Notes under the pieces: model-generated
Database searches by the model: none
The model's input: only the letters and a program-made list of their open reading frames with translations
What the model was told of the DNA's origin: nothing
Translations under genes and position numbers: made by a program
In this document: positions 26,801 through 41,800 of the stretch, in pieces
Numbering within the stretch: position 1 is the stretch's first letter
Layout of the letters: each line of letters opens with the position of its first letter
Origin: Owenia fusiformis
Lineage: Eukaryota
Assembly: GCA_903813345.2 (NCBI GenBank)
Contig: CAIIXF020000001.1
Span: 10,044,001 to 10,108,000, forward strand
DNA length: 64,000 nucleotides
Direction: 5' to 3'

Positions 26801-29800
26801 ACTTACCAATCACCAACATGAACTGGCATATTCAGCTCTGGACTTCATGTCCAAAGGGGGGTAACACACATCGTCAGAATCAAATTCAAGTTATCGCACC
26901 CCATTTTAATTGGTTGATAAAACAGTATACAAAAGTGTCTTTATACTCATTGTACAGTTTATAATGTTCATCGAAATAAAGTCTTTAATTTAACCAATCA
27001 AAATGAGATTCAGGACAACGGACACTGTAATTACCATATGCCGTTGTCTTTCTAAATTACTCAAATTCAGATTCCGTTGTCATTGACGTTATCGAAGACG
27101 CTATATTGTGGCGATTCATGAACCAATTTGATCGAAATGGGATTTTATATGATATATTATCACAAGAGCTTAATGCATGCACAGAATTAGTGACGATAAA
27201 ATCCCATGAAATGAGGACCAAGTGATTAAGCAGTTGAAGCGACGGTTATGTCCGCCATTTGTGACAACGGTATCTGACTTTACCGTATTCAGGCTATTCC
27301 GGTGTGTTAATTTAATGCCTAAAATGGTTTGACAAATAACAGCCTTACCAGATTGAGTTTCAGAATAAAGTTCCAACCATTTTATGCTTATTAAAATGAT
27401 TTTAACTTATTCAGTTGAATGTTTATAAGTTTTACTTCATTTTATTGTGAATTCAAATGCACATTTTAGGATGTGAATATACTAATAATATATGGAAATT
27501 CATAAGATAAATATGATATCCTATGATTTTCTCAGCCAATCATTTTTATCCACTCTCTCACTGCGCCCACTTGTGGAGATGGTCAATATGCACTCATGGA
27601 TAAAAATAATATCCCTCAAAAATCATAGGACATCCTTTATCAATGCATTCCAAATGAAACATCCTGTTTACTCCAGAATTGAATTGTATTTCTTTTTAAG
27701 TCATAAGAACCCTAACCTTGGTCGCATTTTTATTTGCCAAGAGTCAATTGCTTATTCCGCTTGCCATTCATTAGGTAATCTTAACCAGAGCTAATCCTAA
27801 GTACCCAATCATAAAAAGTAGCTGTAAATCAAGAGTAAACCATGGCTATATATTGCCGAACATTCAGCGTAATATTTTTTATCTTATCCCTTTTTTCGAG
27901 TTAATGCTCCAGCATTTCAAACCTTGAGAATGACTGTGACATTTCGCAGCAACCGTAATTATTAATGTATAATATCTCATAGAGTTCCATATCTTTAGTT
28001 ATTAATTTGATTTTACTGTGCTGTAAGAAGCAATTAAGGAACTGATATTCAATATTGAGTAATTATTGAGTAAAATATTGGATGTATTTTTTATCAGAAA
28101 AGGTCAAAATATTTGTTGAAATGATAATCTTAAAAACATGTTTCTGGCATTAGAACAGTTTTGAAGTTTATTACTTATAAGAATGCAAATCAAAAATTAT
28201 CTTCTTTGAAGCTGGCTGTATTATGTCAGGCTCATTAAGAACGTTTCTAAGATCATTTGAAACCTCATGATTGAACTTTGATGTAGTTAGGTTATGAGAG
28301 AGCATACATTCTCTTCCATACAAAATATTGTATAAAACCATGCCCTGTATTTGAAGTAGAAAAAGTACAAATAATACATGCATTTTCAGTAAACATTTAT
28401 GCTACATATTTATGTAATGTGATGCAAGATCCAAGGGTAGAGAAAACACTTATCCTTGTAGGCTATTTCTTTAAATGTTATTTCTGTAATGAGAGCAAGG
28501 GATACCTGAACATTTGCATTCTAATTATTACATGGTAATCTGTAAATAGCCTGAATATTGATAACATTCTTGGAGATGCCTAGATTGAAGGTTATTTGTT
28601 ATTTGGTCAGCTGGGAAAAGGGAGTAAGGCAAAAGTATTTTTGTGAATATCTGAAGTAGCTACTTATGTGTTGGGATAGGGATGCTAAATATTAATTTTG
28701 AGCCTCAAAGTTTTTTTGCAAGAATAATACTTAAATATAGTCATGATACTTTATTATGAGGTTTAGGATATTGGAATTATCCAGAGGCAAATATCTGCCC
28801 CTTGGACACGTAGGCCCATATTAAAAATACAGCATTTAAGAAACCTGCTTCATATACATGTACATCTAACATATTACCTCAAATACAGTCAAGAAAAGGA
28901 CAAATACAAATATTTCACAAGCAATATTCTTCAAGACCGAAGAGTTATTGTATTGTTTTTCAAGTTTCATAAATAACTCAAAAACTTTGAGACTGTGGAT
29001 CCCACAATGCAAAAATGTTAATACTGCAAGATGATGGATGCTATGTATATATGTACATGTTTTTATTGTTTGTTCCAGCTCGATTATGGCTGTATGACTT
29101 GAGTAAGATTTCAGTGGCATTGCAATATTTCACATGGATTCTCTTCCCCCTTATCTTCCTCTTATTCTCTGTGGGATTCACTCACCTGGTGGCGCCACAA
29201 GCTATAGGTAGCTATAGTTATTATACAATTTCAGATTAATCAAGATAAAGTGATATTATATTAAGACCTAGCACCAAAATTGAGGCCAAAAGGTGATGGG
29301 CGAACAATATGTTTTGGTCTAAGAAATTTGATATCCAAAACATATAAAAAATGAAATACATACTGTACTCTTCTTCATTCAAATTATTTTTATTTGTTTT
29401 GATTTTAGGTTCTGGTATACCTGAAATGAAGACTATTTTGAGAGGTGTGGTGCTGAAGGAGTATTTAACAATGCGAACCCTTATCTCTAAAATGATTGGT
29501 CTAATGACAGCATTGGGTAGTGGGTTACCAATAGGAAAAGAGGTGTGTTATATTTCATCAATTTAGGACTAGAAATATCAATACAGTAAAACCTTTATGT
29601 ACGAACACCTCTCTAATCTGAACACCTCTCTCGTATTAATACTTTTGAGCTTTATTACCCACCCATTAACTCCCATGTTAAAAAACTTTTTAAACGATTT
29701 TTGTGTCACCATTTTTGTGAGGCCGGTAGGTGGTGACATTTTGCATGTTAATGCCTTGTTTTTACATCTTTTTTAATTAATTCAAAATTAATTGTATTTC

Positions 29801-32800
29801 CAGGGTCCATTTGTGCACATTGCCAGTGTTGTCGCAACACAATTAGGGAAACTCTTCACAACATTAAAGGGTTCATATGATGTAAGTAAAGAGATATTAT
29901 TTCTAAGTATACAACATTTCCAAGGTTATAATGTGGTTCTTCCCTTACCAATTTGTTAGTAAACAGATGTTCCACATGAGATGTTCTTCTTCACTTAGAC
30001 CAAAATCATGGCATTGACTTCTGTTCCATGAAAACAGCAATTTTGCTATTACCAAAGGACGATTCTCGGTTTGGAGAACGAAGTTCATCAATCTAAATGA
30101 GCGTTATCCCTGCTTCGGACAAATTTGATTTTTTTACATAATATAGATTTGAATGTCTTCTTTTGAATAGTCATAATTTAATTTGGGTAATATTTCTAGA
30201 TTTTTCGCAAAAAAATGTTACGAACTTCTTTCCCCAAATCAAGACTTGTATTTTATTGAATCGGTCTAATTGAGCGTTATCCCTGCTTCAGACCAATTTG
30301 TTATTTTTACATCTTGTAGATTTAAATGTCGTCTTTTGAATATTCATATTTTAATTTGGGTAATATTTCTATATTTTTCATGAAAAAAATTATTAGCCCC
30401 GGAGACTGTTCTCCAAACCGAGAATCGTCCTTTAAAATGATTATCCAGAAACAAGCAGATTTTGGATTCCATATTTTACCAATATGTGGTTGCTTTATTT
30501 GTGTTAGTATTTTTCTTTCCTGAAAGTCTTGTGAAATTTGTAATTTTTAGAATGAATCACGTAAAGGTGAGATGCTATCTGCAGCTGCTGCTGTTGGTGT
30601 TGCATGTACATTTGCTGCTCCAATTGGAGGTAAAACATACGCTTTATACTATTAAATCTTTTGAGGCATTGTTTTTAACCCTCCTTTAGAAGATGGAGTT
30701 TTATACCTTATGATACAGAATTCAAGTCACTTTCCACATCAGATAGAGTCCTTATCAGTAAAGAAGACCATGATTAAATATTTTGATATTTTGTCATTTT
30801 TCTGGTATCCTCTTCAAAATTAAATAAAACATACAAAAAATGTATTTATACATTTATACTGTACTTGCAATAATGAAAGGAACATATGAAACATCCTCAT
30901 TGTTGTTATAATGTCACCATGACTTTAATACAGACTGCTTATCTTGCATTTCAATTCAGTGTATTAGTATGAAATAAGATTCCATCCATTGTAATGTTAA
31001 ATCTCTTTAAATGTATTTTTGTACCTTTAAACAGTTATATTTTGTCTTTTAAGGTGTATTATTTAGCATTGAAGTAACTGCCACTTATTTTGCTGTGCGG
31101 AACTACTGGCGTGGATTCTTTGCCGCCGTGTGTGGGGCCGTCATGTTCAGGCTGTTTGCCATCTGGTTTAAAAGCGAAGGTAACTGTCTTATTCAATCTT
31201 TAAATGTTCTATTTCGAAAGGTTACACTACAATCGTTTTATTGAGTTCTTTTATCCCATGTACATGTAGATGTTGTTATTTATACCCTCACATAAATTGA
31301 TTCCATATGTTTTCAATAGCCTGGTGAAAAAAAATATTAAAGGGTTATGTATCATTCCCCAGCCTATTGCCAGGTTAAGTAAGTTTAGACCTAAAGTAGA
31401 TCTGACTGACATGTTTTAACTGAATCCTAACCTGTTTTACAGGTCTGTAGACTGAATTTTAACATGTTTTACTTTATAATGTCCATTGTTAACCTAAAGT
31501 GGACCAAATTAATTCTAATAAAGAATGAATTGACTGAAAATTAACCTGTTAATAGGTCTTTAACCTGTTTGAAACCTAAAGTGGACCAACAAAACTCAAA
31601 TGAATTTCAATGTGGGACATAGACCAAAAAAGGACTGAAAGTACCTACTGTATAGCTTAACGTTAACCTGCTGGAGGATACATATAATTAAGCAGGCAAT
31701 AGGCTGCATGATCTTGATATGGCTTTTCACTTGGCATTTGAAATTTAACGCCAGAAATTGCATTGTGTTATGATTTTAATTTCTGTTTATTTTACCTAGA
31801 TGCGCAAGGTATGTTATTGATGGTTCTAGGTTAACATTTCAGTCTTTCCTGTGCAACATTAATCTCTAACTTAACAGGTTGTGGTCTAAACTGATATACA
31901 ATTTGTCTGTTTAGTAGACTGAGTAGAAGGAATACACTGCAGGCCAGTGCAGGGGTTTCTTTGGCAACAGACAACAAGCAATGTTCTGTTGTTTTTACCA
32001 AAACTGCATTTTTCAACAGTATTTCCATGATTTTTTTTAATGATTGTATTAATTTCATTCACCATATTTGGTGTGTATAAATGATACCCAATTATTTTGC
32101 CTGTTGTTTTCATTTATTTTGCCTGTTGTCTGACATTCTGAAGAAACCGCTGAGTCTAGCTAATTAACATGGACTTAACATGCAGTCTTGCATACTGACT
32201 TCTTCTGCATCTTGTCATTCCACAAGGCTCATGTGACATTGGCAGAGAGTCTACACATTGGATTGTAACACACATGTCTAGGATGTGTACCAAACATTAT
32301 GCTATATAATATGTAATTTATAACTGGGCTATAACTCATCTTTGAAACAATACAGAGATGCAAGTCAAGCTCTTGGGTATCTCATAATAATTTGGTTATA
32401 TTCTTAGTACTTAGCTGTTATAGGTAGTCAGATTCACTTTTCCTGTGCATCAATCAAACCCTAAAACATGAGCAATCAAATGACGCACAAAAAAGTGATT
32501 CACACTGTAGTCTTTAAAACACATTTGGCCATAATACCTGATGAAACTGCAGGATTTAATTCTATTTGTTCTGACGTGTAATGAGCTTGATAATGCTTGC
32601 TCATTAAAAGGTTTGTCTTTAAGGTCTGTTGGTAGATACAAACAGTACTAGAAAAAATTACTTCTTGGGTTTCCATTCCATAGTTATGTATTATGCATGT
32701 AGTGAAGTCAAATGCCATTTATGTACACTCAGTCATTGCTCTATTGTGAAGTTTACTCAATAGAGAGCTCACAAAAATAAAGATGGCATACAACACCAGA

Positions 32801-35800
32801 CTTTAAACATGGTCTGAACAATTTAAACAGAGGTATAACTCCTGCTAGATGTATTTAGAGCCTGGTACTAAAATACTTATATTTGTCCCTGGTTAGAGAG
32901 CATTAGAACCATGGGGTTTACTGCATGTAACCTTTGACAGGGATCCTCAGCTCATGTGGGTTAGTCTTGAACCCCCTTGTGTATTAATATACTGCCAGTC
33001 TTTTAGAAATTACAGTTCAGATTAATCTTGCAATTGTATTCAGGTTTCTCTGTGAATTCTTTCATGTGTGGTATTCCTTATTCCTTAAAGACAACAAAGT
33101 AACATTTTCATTAAAAATCTGCTGCTTATACCAAATGAAACATCAATTTGAGCATGCATGATTTTCAAAAATTGTACTGCTGTAAGCCTGTAAGAGTTAA
33201 ATACATACAAACATTATACAAATAGTGACTGCCATTGAGGGCAATAGTGTAAATTATTTCCCAGAGGGAATATCCTCTACAATGTACTATTCCCGAAGCC
33301 GCAGGCTGAGGGAATAGTATATTGTAGAGGATATTCCCAAGGGGAAATCATTTACACTATTGCTCGAAATTAGGCAGTCACTATTTGTTTTATTATATAC
33401 CCTATACTGACTCTTGTCCCGTTTCCTCTGCGAAGGCCAAAAAGGCTTAGAAAGCCCCCTCCCCGGGTCCATTGTTAGCATTATAAGCTGTGACGTCATC
33501 AGATGCTCAACAGAAATTTTTGCCTCTGAGACTCTCACTTGACAAATTCAATCACATTTAACACGCGGAATAGATTATCATAACACTTGAAATTACACAG
33601 ACGTATTGAGCTTAGGGAACTTTATACACGTTGCTTATATTGTATCGTTCACGGACGTCTGTCATGGTGAACGGAGTTGATGTGTGTTTGTGCTCATCCT
33701 CCATTTTTCTGTTTTTCGTCTGCGCAGTGATGATGAGCAGACATTTCCAAGGGTAATAGAGCTTGCAATTGTGATGTCAGCGGGCAATAGTTCAAATGTA
33801 TATTCCCGCTGACGTCACATTTGAGGGAATATAACTTTCCGAGGGAAATAGTAAATCTATTTCGGAACACGTGACTAGGTATTGACCAATCAGGATTAGT
33901 GTTACATATTGGGTATATAATAATCTGAATTATATTCTGATTATGTTTTAGAAACTCTCACAGCATTGTTCAAGACAAACCTCAGGCAAGACTTCCCCTT
34001 TGATACAATAGAGCTGGTAGCCTTCTCAACTATTGGGTGAGTCAGACATACTTGTACCTTCTGAACTTTCATGTAGGTCTAGCACATATTCTTAAGTCAA
34101 TAAGCCCACTCATCAGCAAGTTGAGTTCAGTAAGCCCTCTGAGCTAGAATGTGAGTGAAATATGCCCTTTGAACTATTAGGTGGGTCAGCTGAGTGCCCT
34201 TTAATCCTCTCAATTTTTGGGGCAGTCAAACTAGACCTCTCATTATGAGGAAGTCCAATAAGTTTCTTGAGGCTCTTATAAATTTTTGATTCATGGACTT
34301 GCTTTGTCTTTGATCGTGCCATCTCTTACAGTACATGAACACCTAGACTTGAATTTGAGAAAAAGTGCAATATACCTGTCTTGTGTAGTTGATGATTATC
34401 TAAATGTTTTCTTCTATATACATGTACAAACCATGGTTCATAACATTCAGTGTATGTGATAGTGAATAAGATGTAATTGTGTTTTTAGGATTGTATGTGG
34501 GTTTGCAGGTGCCCTCTTTGTCTTCATACACAGAAAAATAGCTACTTTTACTCGAAATCAAAAAAGAATAGCAACATTTTTACAAAAAAAGTGAGTAACA
34601 TTTTTTATAGTACCTATTGTGCTCTTGTTGAATTATTTTCAATGTTCAATCTATGAATCTACTTTAAAAGATAAACCTAATGCTGTTACTTGGATAATAT
34701 GATACAACCTATAAAATAAGATAAAATTACAAAAAGCCAGATTTTTCCGTCCTTCTGTTTGAGTAGCTTCCTTTTACCAGAAACCACTAACCCATCAATT
34801 TCTTCAATCATTTTAATACATATGTGAAATACTATAGCGATTTCTGCATTGCTGCTATTTTTCAGCTTGTTTTATTAGTCATTTCCTGTGCATAACTTGT
34901 TAGACTATGTGTTTTGGTCATGTATCAAAACTGTTCTGACGTGAAGCCTGATGTCATAAACCAACTCATTATTAAAAAAAAAATTCATGAGATCTGTACT
35001 TATAACAAACTGATAGTCTATATATTACATGCACCTTCATTTGTTTCCAGTCGTTTTATTTATCCAATGTTAGTGACGTTTGTTATCTCATCGCTCACAT
35101 TTCCCAATGGATTTGGTCAGTTCATGGCAGGCCATGTAAGTAACACGTTACACATCTACATGTACATGTAATTGATTAAATATATTAACACCATTTACAG
35201 CATAAACCTAAAAGCTAATTTAAAATGGGTGATCTTGAGCCAATGTGTTTTTTAGATTTAAATTCTGAATTAAATTTAAATTTAGATGTGCATTATCTGG
35301 CACTCTATGTTAATTCTCATCCATTTCGAGAAATCTTGGGTATGGGTTATTGGCATTGTACATGGGTCATGAATATAACTCTGAAAATGCTAGAAAATGT
35401 TTTCACTCAAGTTCTCACTCCTTGCAGCTCACTAGTCGTGGTGCAGTAAATGACTTGTTCAGTAACTTTACATGGAGCAGTGCTAAAGTTCGCTCAGCAG
35501 AAGAGGCAGAAATAATCAATCACTGGAAGCCAGAGAATAGCAATATCTACGTCACTCTAGCCCTATTTGTGCTCATGAGGGTGAGTCATACCAGCAAACT
35601 GCTTGTATAAATGTAAAGTTCAACAGCTAAAACCTTTAGGCTCATAATGAATAGTATCTCTTTGCCATATTGAATACTTTTTGATGCATTTCTTTCATCT
35701 ACTACATTACATTATGTGCTATTTTAGTTCTGGATGTCTGCAACCTGTAACTCTCTACCTATACCTGCTGGGATATTCATGCCTGTATTTGTACTTGGTA

Positions 35801-38800
35801 AGATTTCTTTATTACTTCAAAGACATTTAATATGTCCACGTATCTATACTCAGATGGCAATAAAATCAAGAGAAATGACCAAGTTAAATGAAGCCATTAT
35901 TTTCATTATTTAGAACAATCATGATTGTGTACCAAGTTTTTATCATGAGAAAATTTATTTTCTGCTTCTTCCCCGAAGTCTGTCTTTCAAGAGGAACTCT
36001 TTCACAAAATTGACAACATTTATATCATTTTCAAAATTATGCTTAAAAATCTCCCTGTACTGTAGTTCTTACTTGTAATGTTTTCATGTTGGATTACAGG
36101 AGCTGGGTTCGGTAGACTTGTTGGAGAGTGCATGGCTACTTGGTTTCCTAATGGCGTTAGGCAGGGGGATACATTCTCAGAGATAGTGCCTGGAGGATAT
36201 GCTATAGTCGGTAGGGCTTATAATGTTTGTCGTCATTAAAGAGTTTAAGGAAGTTAATATTTTGATCCCAATGCTCATCTCTTCTAAACACTGTTTTTAT
36301 TACATTGTCCAAATACAATAAGTTGTTGACTTGAAGATGCTTATACATATATTTGATTTGAAGGTGCTGCTGCATTTGCTGGTGCTGTGACACACACAGT
36401 GTCAACATCAGTGATTGTATTTGAACTCACTGGCCAGCTTGGACATGTGTTGCCTGCTGTTGTAAGTAATATAACATATATGTCTCATCGTGTCAAATTG
36501 AACATTTCAAAATTGAATCCAAACTTAAACATACAGTATACTACTCATGAATACAATTGAACAAGAGTTGTATTATAAATTCAATGTACTGTTTTGTATT
36601 TTATTACATGATGTATAATAAACAACAATTATGAAATATGATAAATAGGAGGGGTTCCATGAGTGAACCTCGTGGTACTCCATATCATATATATAAATAT
36701 GTACAACCTCGGTTATACTTAATTCGAACATTGGTTGTGAAATATTTTACATTAAAAATGTTGTTTTGCAGATAGCTGTGTTACTTGCCAATGCTGTAGC
36801 GCAATCTTTGCAGCCTTCATTCTATGATAGTGTAATACAAATTAGAAAATTACCATTTTTACCAGATATAAAATCTTCAGCTTCAAAGTAAGTTGTTTAT
36901 GCTTTGAAGTTTACTAACTCATGTTTTAGATGTTAAAATTCAGATGATTACAGTGTTAGTGTCCCTTGTTTGTTCACTTTACATACATGTATTTAAGATT
37001 TAGTATTGAAATTTTACATGATTGTAGTAATTGATAATTAAATACAGTTTAATTGGTCTAAAGATTTTGAAATTAGTATTTTGCCATCGATTGTTTGAGA
37101 AATGAAGTTTATTCCATTTGGAATAATGTTTTTAATGAATCTGAATGCCATATATTTATCATGTAATTGTTTGTCCATTTATCTTTTGGATAGTTTCCAG
37201 GTTTTCTAATCCTTTAGCGGGTAGTGTAATTGGCATCTTTTCAATTTATATGAATGCGAATGCATGGTTGACCCCAGTTTCACCAGTGTACTTTATAAAG
37301 ACATTCAGTTCAGTATGTAAGACAGTCCACAACACGTGGAAATTTCAACATGTGATATCTTGAAGGTCTAAGTAAATAATCAGACTTACATGTACAAATT
37401 CAAATGTTTTTCAGCGCTCACAAAATATTTGTTGAAGATATAATGATACGGGATGTTAAATTACTCAGTGCCAAATCTACATATAAAGATATAAAGAACT
37501 TGCTCCATAAAGCTACACATCGATCATTCCCTGTTGTAGACAGTCCAGGTAAGTTACTTTAATTTGATCGATTTACACTTGTAAGTTGCAACACATATCA
37601 AAAGATTCTGATTTACTCTACTTATCTTACACTGTGAATTAGATTATAAAAAACTAACCACTAGAAAAAAATAATATTAGGATACATATATGTATATATG
37701 TACAGGATTTTATCTCATCTCATATCTCTTATGTACGTATGTTTTGATGAAATAAATAAAAAATAAATCAAATATGTTGGGTATAGAGTTTAGGCTGAGG
37801 GAAATATTATCTTTCCGAGAGTCCATGGGGACTGTTTGCCATTGCTATGTTATTACTTTCATGTGGATTGTCTCTACATAAGATTTTCTTGAAGGCAATT
37901 TTAAATTCATTCAACCTCACAGCATAGATTATGGGATTTATGCTACTATTGACCAGTACTAATGCACAAGAAATATAGAAGATAGATAAATTGGTGCTAT
38001 CATTGAAAAAAGAAGTCTTTACTGTTGACCATTTAAAGGTTTTTCCCCATATCTCAATGCTGACCATAATTACAAATGGACCCCAACAAAGGAAAAATAG
38101 TCCAATTACAATGCATGCTGTTTTCAGTACTTTAAGGTTGTTTTTCAGGGATGTTCCATCTGATTGTTCAGTATTCGTATTCCTGTTGGCTTTTTTGTTT
38201 AGCTGTTTTCTGGCCACATTAAGTATTCTTATGTACATGATAAGTATACTTATGAAAACAGTTAGAAACATTGGAGCATACAAGAGTTCCAATATAATTG
38301 TGTCTTCCTCCAGGTTTTCACTATATATGCAGTCTTGTTTCTCATTGCTCTGCTGTAGAACAAAATACCAGTCAGTGATTGAAACAGTTGTGATTGTAAT
38401 CACACCAATCCAAACGGCCAGAACTGCAATCCTAGCTCTCTTCTTGGTGACAATAGTTTTGTATTGAAGTGGTTGAAATATTGCAATGTAGCGATCTATT
38501 GTTATACACAGTAATAGCAGCAATGAAGCAAAACTCGGGATGCCAAAACAAATCTGTCCAATGACACATATGATGAAATTGTCTGTGTTTATAGAGGGGA
38601 ATATCTGTGACAAAAGCCATAGAATGTTATAGAGTCCAGATATCCCAGCAAATAAGTCCGCTATCGCTAATTGTAGTATGAAATAGTTACTTACAGTCCG
38701 CAGAGACACATTAGCTCTATAGGCAGCAATAACCAATGCATTTCCAAATACTATACTAAATATCATCACAAAGCATAGTGACATAAAACCAAGTGCTTCT

Positions 38801-41800
38801 TTAAATGGTAATGTTGTTACATTGCTTCCTGTATTATTATTAGCTGAGTCAAATGCATCCAATGTACTGGTATTGATAGCCATATTGTTGGTTGAATCAA
38901 TATTTCAAATATAAGTTTTTTCTCATTTACCACTTCCACACTAAATGCGTCCCTATTTTTCAAGTCACTCAGCTGCTTTAGACGAGAGAATATCATCCCA
39001 TTCTTTTTAGTGAGTCTTTACAGAGATCATTTGATTCATTTTGATTAAATAATAGATGATCTTCAGACATCCATTAATCTAATAGGAGCAAATTGATCGT
39101 GATTTAATGTATAAATTGTTTTCATTAGAAATCCTGTCAGATTGGTAAAGGAGTCATAAGAGCATGCTCTTCCACTGTTCCCCTGTGTCCTTGATCATGA
39201 ATGTATCACATGATTCTCACTGAGGGATGGGGACAGAACTAACAGAGCCCTCAGATGGACTTGGAAAAAATAATAAAAAGCAACTCTTGTCAGTGGGGAG
39301 GAGCAGTAGATGGGGTTTAACTTAGAATAAGAATCAATTTTCTTTCATTTAGTTAAGGCAAGGGGTAAGAAATAAGCATGTGGACACTCTTGATTACCTT
39401 ATAAGCAGCTTTTGAGTAGAAAATTAAATTGTGTGAAAATCTTTTAATTTCTAGTAAAAACAACCTGCTCCTCTCCATTGACAAAATTAGGCGATTACAT
39501 CTCGTGTGTATGTTGAAATGTTTTTCTCCATTTCTCAGTACTAACCATGATAATTATAGATGGACCCCAACAAATGAAAAATAGTCCAATTACAGTGCAC
39601 GTTGCTTTCAGAACTCTAAGGTTGTTTTTCAGGGATGTTCCATTTGAATGCTCATTATTCATATTCCTATTGGCTTTTTTGGTCAACTGTTTTCTATAAG
39701 GGAATAAATGTCTTGACATGTATCGGAAATATCTTTGATAGAGTAATACAAAACAGACTTGTTTTTAATGCTGAAATGTTAGACATTCAAGATCCACTCC
39801 AAGGTGCATATAAACCTGGACATCAAACAACAGATAATTTATATATTTTAAATACAATCTTAACCCGTTATAAGCTCATGAAAAAGCCACTATACTGTAT
39901 CATGATATATTTTAGAAAAGCATTTGACTATGTAAATAGAGTGGCACTTATGTATAAACTTTGTAAATCAGGAATTTCACCTAATTCTAATATATTCAAG
40001 GTTATATCTAGAATGTATGAAAAAATCAAAAGCATGTCTAAAATTTAAAGAAGGTATCACCCCTACTTTCGAAACAAATGTTGGAGTAATGCAGGGCTCT
40101 GTACATAATACCTATTTATTCAACCATTTCCTTGATGACTTAAAAGATAATTTACCAAAAGAAAATGGTATTCAATTTAATGGAAATATGTTAAACCACT
40201 TTGGGCCGATGATCTTATCTTGATGTCAAATAGTAAAGATGGTGCCCAAACTTTGCTCAATTGCCTTTTTTGATTTTTGTAAGAGATATCATCTCATAGT
40301 TAACACAATGAAGACAAAAGCAATTGTTTTCAACTCAAAAATTGATGCTGTTTTCACATTAGAGAATGTTGAGCTGTACAAATATCTTGGATGTGTATTC
40401 AGTAAAACAAAGAATTTTGACCAGCATGTATTTTACTTGAAAGAGCAAGCAAGAAAGGCTTTGTTTAAAGCAATATAAAAAATTTAATGACATTCCAAAT
40501 GATGTTGCATTGCACCTTTTCGATTCCTTAGTTGAACCTATTTTAACTTATGCCTCAGAGGTGTGGATCAATGAAAAACATCTGAAGACAATTGAGACAA
40601 TGCACCTATCTTTTCTTAAATGCCTGTTGGGTGTTAAAAAATCAACAGCAACACCAGCAATTTATGGAGAATTGGGACGCTACCCATTAAAAATACGCTT
40701 TGAAATCAAATTAATTAAATATTGGCTCCGTTTACTTCATCTATCACCGTGAAACATTCTTCATAAAACATAAATATATGACCGTGAAATGAGTCAATTT
40801 GGTTTTAAAGGCACTTGGTCAAACAAAGTCATTGATATATTAAAAAAGTGTGATTTATTATCTTATTGGGATACTCAAAAGATTGATGATGACAATATTT
40901 TTATCAAGACAATAACAAAAACACTGTATCAGAATTATAAAAAAGAAAGATATATTAAATAACCCTGTCTTGAGAAATGTCTTTGAAAGAGAGAGTTATT
41001 TAAATATCCAAAATAGAAATTACAGGCAAGCAATTTGTAGATTTAGGCTTAGTTCCAACAAGTTACAAATAGAACTTGGTCGTCATTTGAAGCCAAAGCC
41101 AAAACCTGTAGATGAACGTTTATGTAATATTTGTGGTATTTTAGAAGATGAACAACACTTCATCATGATTTGTAAGAAAAACACTACAGAAAGAAAACGT
41201 TTGTTTGACACCCTTACACAATTTAATTTTGTTGGCAGCCCTGACATTATTTTTGAAAAACTGATGTTTCACAAAAATTCTTATGTAATTTTACATTTAT
41301 CAAAGTTCATCTATCATTCACTCAAAAAACTGGATTAATGTGTCAACGATGCATCACACTGATATTTAAATTTCTGTCAAGTCGTATCTGTATTTTACAA
41401 TTATCTTGTATTTTGTATTCTACATTTGATGATATAATTAGAATTGTATTTTATAACAACTTTATTTTTGTATTCAGTAGTTAGTTTAGTCTTAGGTCAG
41501 TTTTGTAGATTGTAGTTTTTAGTGACTAATATGTCATTGTAATGACATCAGAGAGTCAATAAAAGATATATATATATAAAAGATATATATTTCTAGCCAC
41601 ATGAAGTATTCTTATGTACATACATTGTAATTAGAATACCTATCAAAACAGTTATAGACAGTGGAACAGCTTTGGTACATCTAAAAATGTTTCACTTGGG
41701 AGGTGTTTCGCTCACAGGGGTTAATTTAATATTATTGTGTGAGTATTATGTACTTCAAAGTTCTGAGGGAAGTGTTATCTTGTTGAAGGTTCACTTTCAT

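Noticed and set aside
26160-27960. CpG-richer intronic stretch with short ORFs, starting TTAA-GGTGACAC
   Set aside because: Probably transposon interior, but I could not find a matching end or a protein motif.
33007-33043. Possible mutually exclusive ClC exon (ttttag..[11 protein letters not shown]..gt)
   Set aside because: Weak donor and no similarity to exon 33952-34036.
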